A stretch of 42,919 nt of DNA, the filler included, from Candidatus Desantisbacteria bacterium CG1_02_49_89 (GTDB lineage Bacteria > Desantisbacteria > UBA1551), in assembly GCA_001871075.1 (NCBI GenBank). It is 2 parts of 2 records of this genome, joined end to end, with 100 filler letters (N's around TTAATTAATTAA, not from the genome) between each part and the next. Parts side by side here need not be neighbours in the genome. Positions count along the whole stretch, not along the records: positions 1 to 31,263 come from MNUP01000006.1; 1 more part is not named here. One strand, given 5' to 3'. A program made the position numbers and the translations under genes. The notes under the pieces are model-generated. The model did no database searches. It had not been told where the DNA came from and saw only the letters and a list, made by a program, of their open reading frames with translations. Shown piece after piece: positions 1 to 7,990 of the stretch (its first letter is position 1; every line of letters begins with the position of its first letter).

Positions 1-8
1 CCCACTTG

Positions 9-344
9 TGTTCCGCAACATTCAAAAGCGGACATTTGGGAACCTTAAAACCGAACATTAATTAAAGATGGAACTCTCCAATTTTCTGCTCATCCTTTAA
101 AACAATAATCTTTCTGTTGGGGATAAGACCCACGGTTACTTCCTGTTCTGGAAATCGTCCTACTTTCCAGGTTCTGCCTTCGAGAGTACCCACCCCCCTC
201 ACCCTACCCCTCTCCCTCGAGGGGAGAGGATAAAGGAGAGGGTGATTATTACCTGATTTTTAAACCAGCCAGCCTAAATAATTTTCCCCCGGCTATGTGA
301 CACTTTGATTGTTCCCAATGTGACCTTTTGATTATTTCCGCACA
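9..344. mobile_element. Non-autonomous IS derivative (MITE), IS481/IS1202-like, copy 1
   Basis: TGT...ACA ends with related subterminal motifs (TCAAAAG..ACATT.GGGAAC at both ends). The minus strand retains a transposase-like C-terminal tail (EGRTWKVGRFPEQEVTVGLIPNRKIIVLKDEQKIGEFHL*). Closely related copies at 31364-31628 and 42588-42919. Confidence 0.7.
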
Positions 345-612
345 GGAAAAAACCCACTTGAGAACCCAGAGACGAAGACCCTGGCGTAGCTAGGGGCAAG
401 CTGAGGCGTAGCCTGAGGCGAAGCCGAAGTCCCTCCTGTTTTGTCCCGATTTTATATCGGGACTGGGGGGAGAAAAACCCGCTTGAGGACCCAAAGACGC
501 AGACCCCAGCAGCATGTTCTAATCCCTGCAACCCCTTCGGGGTTCAACGCAGGGACCTACGAGTCAGAATCTTCGATCAATGACTCTGCGGAGAAATTAG
601 CAGGGGTCAAGT
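345..612. repeat. REP-like structured repeat units 1-2
   Basis: Motif GAAAAA.CCCRCTTGAG.ACCCA.AGACG.AGACCC followed by a variable palindromic body; unit 2 closes with AGCAGGGGTCAAG. The same units recur at 1384-1665. Confidence 0.75.
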
Positions 613-679
613 AAAAAAGTTGAAGTGAAAAATACAGGCTCAACAGTATTTTTTTAAATTTAATGCATCAACCCGTTAT

Positions 680-1090
680 TTAAGGTTTTTTAACTTCAAG
701 CCCTTCTATTTTTTTAAAATCTTTTTCATCATAGGTGTATACAGTAGTGAAGCCCCTTTCTAATCCCCAATAACCCATTACCGCGTCAGCAAATTTTATA
801 TTTTTTGTTTCATAGGCTGACAGAGCTTTTCTGAAGACTTCTTCGTTTTCCGTTTTTATTCCCGGCGTGTTTAAAATAGCCCCCACCAGCTCCACTGTGT
901 TTTGCCTGGAGTACTTATAAACTTTTTCCAGCACCCAGACTATTTCAAGAATCGTAACCGGAAGAAGATGAAGCGAGGACTCACGCTCGTTGGCGTTCTT
1001 GATAAGTTCAAGGCAGGACTTGATTTTTACCTCGTCATCCTTTATCAAGAGCCGCAGAATGATATTGGTGTCCAAGAATGCTTTACTCAT
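680..1090 (-). CDS. vapC: PIN-domain (VapC-family) toxin
   Basis: N-terminal FLDTNIILR, E in 'TILEIVWVL', FADA and TYD motifs; 136 aa; overlaps the upstream antitoxin. Confidence 0.9.
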   Translation of the reverse strand: MSKAFLDTNIILRLLIKDDEVKIKSCLELIKNANERESSLHLLPVTILEIVWVLEKVYKYSRQNTVELVGAILNTPGIKTENEEVFRKALSAYETKNIKFADAVMGYWGLERGFTTVYTYDEKDFKKIEGLEVKKP

Positions 1091-1313
1091 CTTTCATTGC
1101 CTCTTGTGTTGCCTTGTTCCTTATTTCTTCAATGCTCATCCCGGTGCCGGGCAGAGTCCCGACATAGTCGTAAATAGTCTTCCCTTTACTGAGGACTATT
1201 TTTTCTTTTTCTTCTACAAGCACAACAGCGTCTCCCAGGTGCAGGTTTAATTTTTTACGAATTAGCTTTGGGATAGTTATTTGATATTTTGGTAAAACTT
1301 TAACGCTTGTCAT
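1083..1313 (-). CDS. vapB: AbrB/MazE/SpoVT-family antitoxin
   Basis: KYQITIPKLIRKKLNLHLGD AbrB motif; AGGAGG RBS; directly upstream of the PIN gene. Confidence 0.88.
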   Translation of the reverse strand: MTSVKVLPKYQITIPKLIRKKLNLHLGDAVVLVEEKEKIVLSKGKTIYDYVGTLPGTGMSIEEIRNKATQEAMKDE

Positions 1314-1355
1314 TTTAAATTCCTCCTGTTGAAATAGTCTATCCTACCATAAATT

Positions 1356-1383
1356 ATTATACTACAAAATTTCAATTTGTCAA
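1356..1383 (-). promoter_or_regulatory. sigma70-type promoter of vapBC
   Basis: TTGACA (1378-1383), 16 bp, TATAAT (1356-1361) on the minus strand. Confidence 0.7.
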
Positions 1384-1665
1384 GGAAAAAACCACACTTA
1401 TGAACCCCGAGACGCAGACCCCAGCAGCTTAATCCCGATTTATCGGGATTAGCAGGGGTCAAGAAAAAAAGCCCACTCATGAACCCAGAGACGAAGACCC
1501 CAGCAGCATGCTCCGATCCCCGTAGTTCAGATAGAACCGGAACTTAACACAGGGACCTACGAGTCAGAACAAAGCTAATGACTCTTCGGTCGGAGCAGCA
1601 GGGGTCAAGAAAAATCGGCTTCCTGGAAAAATATACTCTTCAGACATAGAGACGCAAACCCCGCA
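1384..1665. repeat. REP-like structured repeat units 3-5
   Basis: Units 3 and 4: ...GAACCC.GAGACG.AGACCCCAGCAGC-[hairpins]-AGCAGGGGTCAAGAAAAA; unit 5 is degenerate. Confidence 0.75.
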
Positions 1666-1775
1666 AATGCCAATATTGGCATACTGAACTATTCGCAAGC
1701 TTCCACCTAATAAACTTGGCGGACACGGCAAGTTCAGGGCAGGCCAGGGAATTGCATAAAATGCTTGTCAAATAC

Positions 1776-3779
1776 CTATATCCTTATGGATTTAAAAAAA
1801 TCCCTGACTTCCGATAGGTCCTCCGCGATACGGCATTCGGGCAAAGAGTTTATGAATATCCTGCCGTAATACCTGGTCCGGAGGCGCGGGTCAAGTATCG
1901 CCACCATCCCCTTGTCTTCCTTCGTCCTTATAAGCCTGCCGAACCCCTGCCTGAGCAACACCACAGCCCTGGGTATGTGGTAGTAAACAAACGGGTCCTT
2001 GCCTTCTGCCTGGAGCATTTCTGTCTTCGCCTCTGTCACAGGATCGTCCGGCACAGCGAACGGCAGCTTTGTTATTATAACGCACTCCAGGGCTTTGCCG
2101 GGCACGTCAACCCCCTGCCAGAAGGTCATTGTGCCGAAAAGCGCGAAACCCTTGCCCTCTTTCCTGTGCTTGAGGCCTTTCCGGAACTTTTCAAGCATTT
2201 TATACCTGGGCATTATACCCTGACACAATATTTCAACCGATTCCGTTTCCTTCAGCGACTCATAAACCTTTTCCATCATTTTATAGCTGGTGAAAAGGAC
2301 AAAGGTGCTTCCGCGTGTGATATCCAGTATCTTTTCTATTTCCGAAGTGACCTCAAGGGTATATGCGCCTGTTTCTTTGCCCGGGTCAGGCATGCTCCTG
2401 GGAACGTAGAGAAGGGCGTTCTCAATGAAATTGAAAGGCGAACCAAGCATAAGCTCTTCGGCATTTTCAATCCCCAGGCGTTCCCTGATGAACGCGAAGG
2501 AATTGCCTGCAGAAAGCGTTGCCGAGGTCAACACGACAGGCTTTGACCCGTCAAACACCTTTTCCCGCATCAGCCCGCTTATGTCAACAGGCAAAGCGTG
2601 CACGGAAAAACGCGGGTTCTTTTTCCTCACAGCTTCCGCCCAGAAAACGTATCCTTCCTGCTCCTGGCTTATGACCGCCTGAGCGCCCTTAGCGAAAAAC
2701 ACCGCGCGCATGGAAAGCGCCCCGATCTCTTTCTTATCCTCTGTATCCCTTACGGAATCCGCAAGGCTTTTGAGCGCGGCCGCAAGCTCTGCAAGGGGCT
2801 GGGTAAGGTTGTTGGGAACGAAATTCGGGGCCCTTATCCTGAAAATATTCTCGTCTTCCGGAAATTTATCAGCGACGTTTGAAAAAAAAGCGTCGGCCGC
2901 CTTTCTCGCGGCGGCTGTAAGCATTATGACATCTTCGGCCTTTTCCCCGCCCGGATGCTCAATCCTGGAAATAAACCCCCTGCCCGGCCTTGTCCCTGCT
3001 ATCGAATCAAAAAGGAATTTCAGCGCGGGGCTGGATATTTCTGCGCCAAGGTGGTCTGTGGCAACCTCCTCAACGCTGTGCGCTTCGTCGAAAACAACGG
3101 CGTCGTATTCGGGCAGGATCCTTTCACCCGCTGAAAGGTTGGCAAAGAACATGTGGTGGTTGGTAACAAGGACGCGGGCCGCGAACTCCCGCTTTTTCGC
3201 CCTGCGGTAAAAGCAATCCTCGTTGTGCGCGCATTTGTTTCCCATGCACAGGTCCGACTCCCTGCACACCTTGTACCGCAGAGATTCCGAGATCTCAAAA
3301 TCCATTTCCTGGAAAAGCCCGGTATCCGTCTTCGACGCACTCCATTCAAAGATGTCGTCCAGCTGCTTCTCTTCGGACCCGGAATCGAAAAACCCTCTCT
3401 GCCCCGTCCTTTCGAGCCTGCGCCTGCACAGGTAGTTCTGGCTCCCCACGCATAGCGCGCAGCTGAAATCCAGGCCCAGGGCCTTTTGCAGGAACGGTAT
3501 GTCCTTCTCTGTGAGCTGCTGCTGCAGGGCTTTCGTATACGTGGATATGACAACGCGGGTGTTCTGCTCAACCGCCCAGTATATCAAAGGGACTAAATAA
3601 GCAAGGCTCTTGCCAACGCCTGTGCCGGCTTCGACTATAAGGTTATTCTCTCCGTAGATAGCTTTGCATACCGCGGCTGACATCCGGATCTGCTCCAGAC
3701 GCGGCTCAAAACGCGGCAGGTGTTCTGCAATGGGGCCGTTTTCACCGAAGATCTTTTCAATTATTTCTAAGGTATTCAT
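1776..3779 (-). CDS. dinG: DinG/YoaA-family ATP-dependent DNA helicase
   Basis: EAGTGVGKS Walker A, DEAH, Fe-S cysteines, SATL, FWQGVDVPG, QGFGRLIR. Start taken at ATG 3779 (MNTLE). Confidence 0.93.
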   Translation of the reverse strand: MNTLEIIEKIFGENGPIAEHLPRFEPRLEQIRMSAAVCKAIYGENNLIVEAGTGVGKSLAYLVPLIYWAVEQNTRVVISTYTKALQQQLTEKDIPFLQKALGLDFSCALCVGSQNYLCRRRLERTGQRGFFDSGSEEKQLDDIFEWSASKTDTGLFQEMDFEISESLRYKVCRESDLCMGNKCAHNEDCFYRRAKKREFAARVLVTNHHMFFANLSAGERILPEYDAVVFDEAHSVEEVATDHLGAEISSPALKFLFDSIAGTRPGRGFISRIEHPGGEKAEDVIMLTAAARKAADAFFSNVADKFPEDENIFRIRAPNFVPNNLTQPLAELAAALKSLADSVRDTEDKKEIGALSMRAVFFAKGAQAVISQEQEGYVFWAEAVRKKNPRFSVHALPVDISGLMREKVFDGSKPVVLTSATLSAGNSFAFIRERLGIENAEELMLGSPFNFIENALLYVPRSMPDPGKETGAYTLEVTSEIEKILDITRGSTFVLFTSYKMMEKVYESLKETESVEILCQGIMPRYKMLEKFRKGLKHRKEGKGFALFGTMTFWQGVDVPGKALECVIITKLPFAVPDDPVTEAKTEMLQAEGKDPFVYYHIPRAVVLLRQGFGRLIRTKEDKGMVAILDPRLRTRYYGRIFINSLPECRIAEDLSEVRDFFKSIRI

Positions 3780-4644
3780 CGAAGCGGAATTTCGCGAAGG
3801 CAAAATCAAGCATGCGGGGAGAATCCTTCCATATGTCCTTTGAACCGAGTAGTATGCAAATAACCTCGCGGCCGTCCCTTTTGCAGGTGACGGTTATGCA
3901 TTTGCCCGCCTGCTTGGTGTAACCGGTCTTGACGCCGCTGACGCCGTCATACATGAAAAGCATCCTGTTCACGTTCTTAAGGTGCCTTTTGCGGACATAG
4001 TTTCCCGTCCATTTTATGTCCGCCTCTTTCATCTGCACGATCTCCCTGAAAACCGGGTTCTCAAGGGCGTACCGCGTTATTTTGAGTATGTCATAGGCAG
4101 TGGAGAAATTAGAGCTGTTTACTTCCAGGCCGTGGCAGTTGGTGAACACGGTGTTGTCCGCCCCTAGTTCCTCCGCCTTCCTGTTCATCATTGTGACGAA
4201 TTCATCCTCGCTCTTCTTCACGCTTTCAGCCGCGTAAAGAGCTGCGTCGTTCCTTGACTCAAGCATAAACGCCAGCAGGAGGTCCCTTACGGATATCTTC
4301 TGGTCCTTCCTAAGGTTCAGGAGCCACGAGTTAAGTGTCCTGTCAGTCCTGCGGATCCTCACAACCTCGTCCAGTCCCTTGTTTTCAAGCAGGACCACTG
4401 TTGTCATGATCTTCGCAAGGCTCGCGATCTGGCGTATCACGCCCGCGTCCTTCTCGTATATGATCTTCCCGGTGTTCAGGTCGGCTATGAGCGCGGATTG
4501 CGCGGATATTTCCGGGGGATCTCCGACCGCGGCTGCAAGCATACTTAATTCATCGCCTTCCGGAACGCTCATCATCGACGTTGACCTTGAGCCTGCGGCC
4601 ATTAACCCGGCCAGAATAATAGAAATCAGTATTGCCTTTTTCAT
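3757..4644 (-). CDS. D-alanyl-D-alanine carboxypeptidase (peptidase S11)
   Basis: ASLAK (SxxK), SRN (SxN) and KTG motifs; signal peptide from ATG 4644. Confidence 0.92.
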   Translation of the reverse strand: MKKAILISIILAGLMAAGSRSTSMMSVPEGDELSMLAAAVGDPPEISAQSALIADLNTGKIIYEKDAGVIRQIASLAKIMTTVVLLENKGLDEVVRIRRTDRTLNSWLLNLRKDQKISVRDLLLAFMLESRNDAALYAAESVKKSEDEFVTMMNRKAEELGADNTVFTNCHGLEVNSSNFSTAYDILKITRYALENPVFREIVQMKEADIKWTGNYVRKRHLKNVNRMLFMYDGVSGVKTGYTKQAGKCITVTCKRDGREVICILLGSKDIWKDSPRMLDFAFAKFRFDEYLRNN

Positions 4645-4699
4645 CTTTTCCCACCTAACCAACAAACCAACTAATTAACCAACCAACTAGTTTTTGACG

Positions 4700-5365
4700 T
4701 CAGGATTTTACTATCAGAAGGCGCACGAGGTCTGCCGCGTCCTCCGCCCTGTCACTCACCCCTTCTATGCAGTTTATCAATTCCAGGGCCATAATGAGGG
4801 TCGGGGTGTCAAAGCTTCCCTTCATTAGCATGCCGCGAAGTTCCTGGGTGCAATCATCTCCCTTTTCTTCGAGTGTTTCAACCTCGGTGCAAAGGCTAAG
4901 GACCTTTTTCACGTCTTTCGCCATGTATAAAATCGCCTCGCTTAATTTACTGACAGCCTGGACCCCGATATCGGCGAATTCCACCATTTTCCTGCACATT
5001 TCATCGGAAAATTTCTTATCGAACACTTTCAGCAGTCTTGCCCCGGCGTTCGCCCAGTCCGCTATGTTATCCAGGGCCTTGCCAAGGTGGACCAGGTCTT
5101 CCCTGTCAGGCGGCATGAACATGCCCTCTGAAAGATGGTCCATTACCTCCCTGCGGATCATGTCAGCCTCGTGCTCAGCGACAGACACTTCCTTTATTTT
5201 CTCGTGGCAGGCGGGAATGTTGCCTGTTTCAAAAAGCTCGAACGCCTCTTTCATTTTTGTCACTGTCTCGGAAACTTTTTCGATCTGTTTCTGGGCGTTG
5301 CCCATGGCCTCTTTTTCTTTTTCCATGCCGAACCAGCCCAAGATATTCCTTTGTTCTCCGCGCAT
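4700..5365 (-). CDS. DUF47/PhoU-like phosphate transport regulator
   Basis: EHEAD..RRE, PPDREDL, LD.IAD, LEEKGD, E..SD.AEDAAD; next to pit; GGAGG RBS before ATG 5365. Confidence 0.88.
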   Translation of the reverse strand: MRGEQRNILGWFGMEKEKEAMGNAQKQIEKVSETVTKMKEAFELFETGNIPACHEKIKEVSVAEHEADMIRREVMDHLSEGMFMPPDREDLVHLGKALDNIADWANAGARLLKVFDKKFSDEMCRKMVEFADIGVQAVSKLSEAILYMAKDVKKVLSLCTEVETLEEKGDDCTQELRGMLMKGSFDTPTLIMALELINCIEGVSDRAEDAADLVRLLIVKS

Positions 5366-5435
5366 ATAACCTCCCTTAAAAATTCCTTGTTTTTGCTCTG
5401 ACACGTTGATACGTTGACACGCTGACACGCAGTTA

Positions 5436-6374
5436 TTAAAAAAGGCGCATCAGCACGTAGCTTAATAATCCGGTAAGCACGGGGGTCAGCACCCAGGCGA
5501 AAATTATATCCTTTAGCAGCTTCATATTAACGCCCACGATCCCCCTTGCAAGCCCTACTCCGGCAACCGCCCCCACTATCGCGTGGCTTGTGGACACAGG
5601 CATTTTCATATACGTGAAGAAGTGGACTGTTATGGCTGTACCGAGGTTCGCGTATATCGCCATTATTTTTGTCATGCGCGTGATATTGAACCCCACGTTT
5701 ACCGCGACCCTGGCGCCGAAAGTCATCACGCCCAGGTACATGCTTAAACCCCCGAGCGCGCACGCGGCAAGGATCGGCAATATTTTACTGCCGGATAAAA
5801 GCGCTATGGAATTCCCCACGTCGTTGGCACCCCAGCTGTACGCCACGTAGCAGCTGCTTATTGTCATCAGGACCGCGGTGGCCATGGAGAATCCTTTTTC
5901 CCAGTTGAACTTTGTAAGTATAAACCACAATGCGATAAAGATCAGGAATGAAACAAGGCAGGCGCCAGTGGGAGTGGTAAACCAGCATAAAATTATCTTC
6001 CACATCGAGTTCCAGTTCACAGGAGCCTTTATTGCCAGCCCGACCCCGATGATCGAACCTACCACCGCGTGGCTGCTGCTCACCGGAAGCCCGAAATAAG
6101 AGGCAAAAAACATCCATATCCCCATGCCTATCATCCCTATCGCCGCGGCTTTGGCGCTCAGATAGCTTGCGGGGATAATGCCGCTTCCAAGGGTCTGGCT
6201 GACCTTCCCTCCTTCAAGCAGGGCTCCTGCAAGCGCGCAGGAACCGCACAGGATCATGGCAGTTCCGACCTTGCCGATGCGCGCGCCTATCCACGTTCCG
6301 AATGAATTGGCACCGTCGTTCGCCCCTATCGCCCAGCCGTTAAAAACCGAAACAAGAATCGCGATCATTTCCAT
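5436..6374 (-). CDS. pit: Inorganic phosphate transporter (PiT family)
   Basis: Two GANDxxN and two PVS(S/T)SH signatures; hydrophobic. Confidence 0.93.
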   Translation of the reverse strand: MEMIAILVSVFNGWAIGANDGANSFGTWIGARIGKVGTAMILCGSCALAGALLEGGKVSQTLGSGIIPASYLSAKAAAIGMIGMGIWMFFASYFGLPVSSSHAVVGSIIGVGLAIKAPVNWNSMWKIILCWFTTPTGACLVSFLIFIALWFILTKFNWEKGFSMATAVLMTISSCYVAYSWGANDVGNSIALLSGSKILPILAACALGGLSMYLGVMTFGARVAVNVGFNITRMTKIMAIYANLGTAITVHFFTYMKMPVSTSHAIVGAVAGVGLARGIVGVNMKLLKDIIFAWVLTPVLTGLLSYVLMRLF

Positions 6375-6439
6375 ACTGTATATCCGTGATCCCTTAGAGC
6401 GCAAATGAATAAAGTATATGCTATAAAAAAATAAGTAGG

Positions 6440-6467
6440 ATTATAGCACAAATCACAAAAAAGTCAA
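6440..6467 (-). promoter_or_regulatory. sigma70-type promoter of pit-DUF47
   Basis: TTGACT, 16 bp, TATAAT with a TGn extension. Confidence 0.55.
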
Positions 6468-6482
6468 GTAAGTATCCTGAAT

Positions 6483-7949
6483 TTATTTCTGTATCGTTAT
6501 TTCCACCCTGCGATTTTTAATTCGTCCTTCCTCACTAGTATTGAGCGCAATTGGTTTTTTCTCTCCATATCCTTTCTTTATCAATTTCTCGTCAGGTATA
6601 TCTTGTTTTACAAAATATTGCGCTACATTTTCAGCCCTGTCCTTAGAAAGCTCTAAGTTTGAAGGATATTTCGCTTTCAATCGCGGACTAATTGGCACGT
6701 TATCCGTGTGCCCCTCAATAAGAATAATTGACCCTGGATAAGCTTTTAACGCGTTTGTAATCAGGTCAAGCGCCTCATAACTCTCGGGGAGTATTTCGGC
6801 GCTGCCTGAAGCAAATCTGATCGCGGATTCCTGTGCTACTATAATAATTTTTTCATTATCTTCCGTTAGAATTAATCCTTCCAGTTTTTTCAAATCTTCC
6901 AGTGCTTTTTGATGCTCGCGCAGAAGTTTTTCAAGTTCTTCTTTTGCGCGTTTTTCCTTTTCTCTCTCAAGTCTTTCTTTTTCCCATCTATCCGCATCGC
7001 CAAAGAGGAAAGAAAGCGAAACCCACGCACCGCCCGTAAAGAACTCTGTTGAAGAATGATATGGAAGCGCAAATGCGCAATCTAATTTCCAGTCTGTCTT
7101 TTTAATGTTGTTTGATTTAACGCTTCCTCCAAAAACAAATGAAAAATCTCCATCGCCGCCTATTTTTGTTCCTGCGCGCACTCCCAAAATATTGTCCTGT
7201 ATAATTTTTTTTAAACCTTCTGTTTGTTTAAACCATGTTTCATAACCCAAGTTTAATTTAAAATCGCCGTTTCCTCTTATCGCTATGTCAGTTGAGCCCA
7301 CGATGTTATTAAAAACAGAAAAGCCATCAAATTTATAACCTGCTCCTGCTCTAAAACCCCATATTCCTGTTCCTATCTCAGTGCAAGAAATACCCACGCT
7401 TAATTTTTCAGTCTTTAGAGGCTTAAAAAAACAAGCCAAATCAGCGCTTAAATCTGCCGGAAATCTCTCGTCAAAGAACCTGCTGTCAGAAATTGCGGAA
7501 ATTGTTCTTGTATTATCAGGATAATTCTTAGAACACATTTTTAAAGTAACACCCCAGGATATTTTGGGATTTATTATCCCACAATAAGAAAGTCCCAAAA
7601 TGTTCTCTCTGTAACGAGCGGAAAGATTCACGCCACGGCTGAGGAGAGATATCCCAACATGCCCTATCTCAGAAATGCGGTTTACATAGCCTATGAATCC
7701 ATACAGGCTGTTTCCAGAGAGATGAAATAGATAAGAACCGTTTACTAGTAGTTCCGGGCGAGTAATTTGGAATAAACCTGCGGGGTTGTAGAAAAGAGTG
7801 GATGCGTCATCAGCAACCGCAATAAAAGCTCCCCCCATTCCAATACTGCGGGCACTAATGCTTAGGTCCTCAAAAGCAGCGTAACCGCCAGAGCAAAACG
7901 CAAAATATAAAATGCAGAATGTAAGTAATAAAATTTTGAGCTTCATCAT
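6483..7949 (-). CDS. Outer-membrane beta-barrel (PorV/FadL-like N-terminus) fused to an OmpA-like peptidoglycan-binding domain
   Basis: Signal peptide; SARSIGMGGAFIAVADDASTLFYNPAGL; C-terminal IEGHTD...NLELSKDRA...NRRVEI. Confidence 0.82.
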   Translation of the reverse strand: MMKLKILLLTFCILYFAFCSGGYAAFEDLSISARSIGMGGAFIAVADDASTLFYNPAGLFQITRPELLVNGSYLFHLSGNSLYGFIGYVNRISEIGHVGISLLSRGVNLSARYRENILGLSYCGIINPKISWGVTLKMCSKNYPDNTRTISAISDSRFFDERFPADLSADLACFFKPLKTEKLSVGISCTEIGTGIWGFRAGAGYKFDGFSVFNNIVGSTDIAIRGNGDFKLNLGYETWFKQTEGLKKIIQDNILGVRAGTKIGGDGDFSFVFGGSVKSNNIKKTDWKLDCAFALPYHSSTEFFTGGAWVSLSFLFGDADRWEKERLEREKEKRAKEELEKLLREHQKALEDLKKLEGLILTEDNEKIIIVAQESAIRFASGSAEILPESYEALDLITNALKAYPGSIILIEGHTDNVPISPRLKAKYPSNLELSKDRAENVAQYFVKQDIPDEKLIKKGYGEKKPIALNTSEEGRIKNRRVEITIQK

Positions 7950-7990
7950 ACACCTCCAATAATTTTTTTAATTCTGGCTTTATATCAAAA

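Noticed and set aside
9-344. DGR template/variable repeat or group II intron fragment for the three-copy repeat
   Set aside because: Differences between copies are not adenine-specific, there is no reverse transcriptase, and no domain V/VI pattern; IS-like ends explain it better.
274-531. 85-aa ORF and similar short ORFs over repeats
   Set aside because: It spans the MITE end and REP-like units and has low-complexity translation (LRLRLRLRL).
1496-1606. Hammerhead ribozyme on the minus strand (CCGAAGAG-stem-CTCGTAG three-way junction)
   Set aside because: It resembles CUGANGAG...CUCGAAA, but invariant core bases differ (CCGA, GTAG) and unit 2 does not restore them.
345-1665. CRISPR array
   Set aside because: Repeats are degenerate, the intervening segments vary widely in length and are themselves related palindromes, and there are no cas genes in the window.
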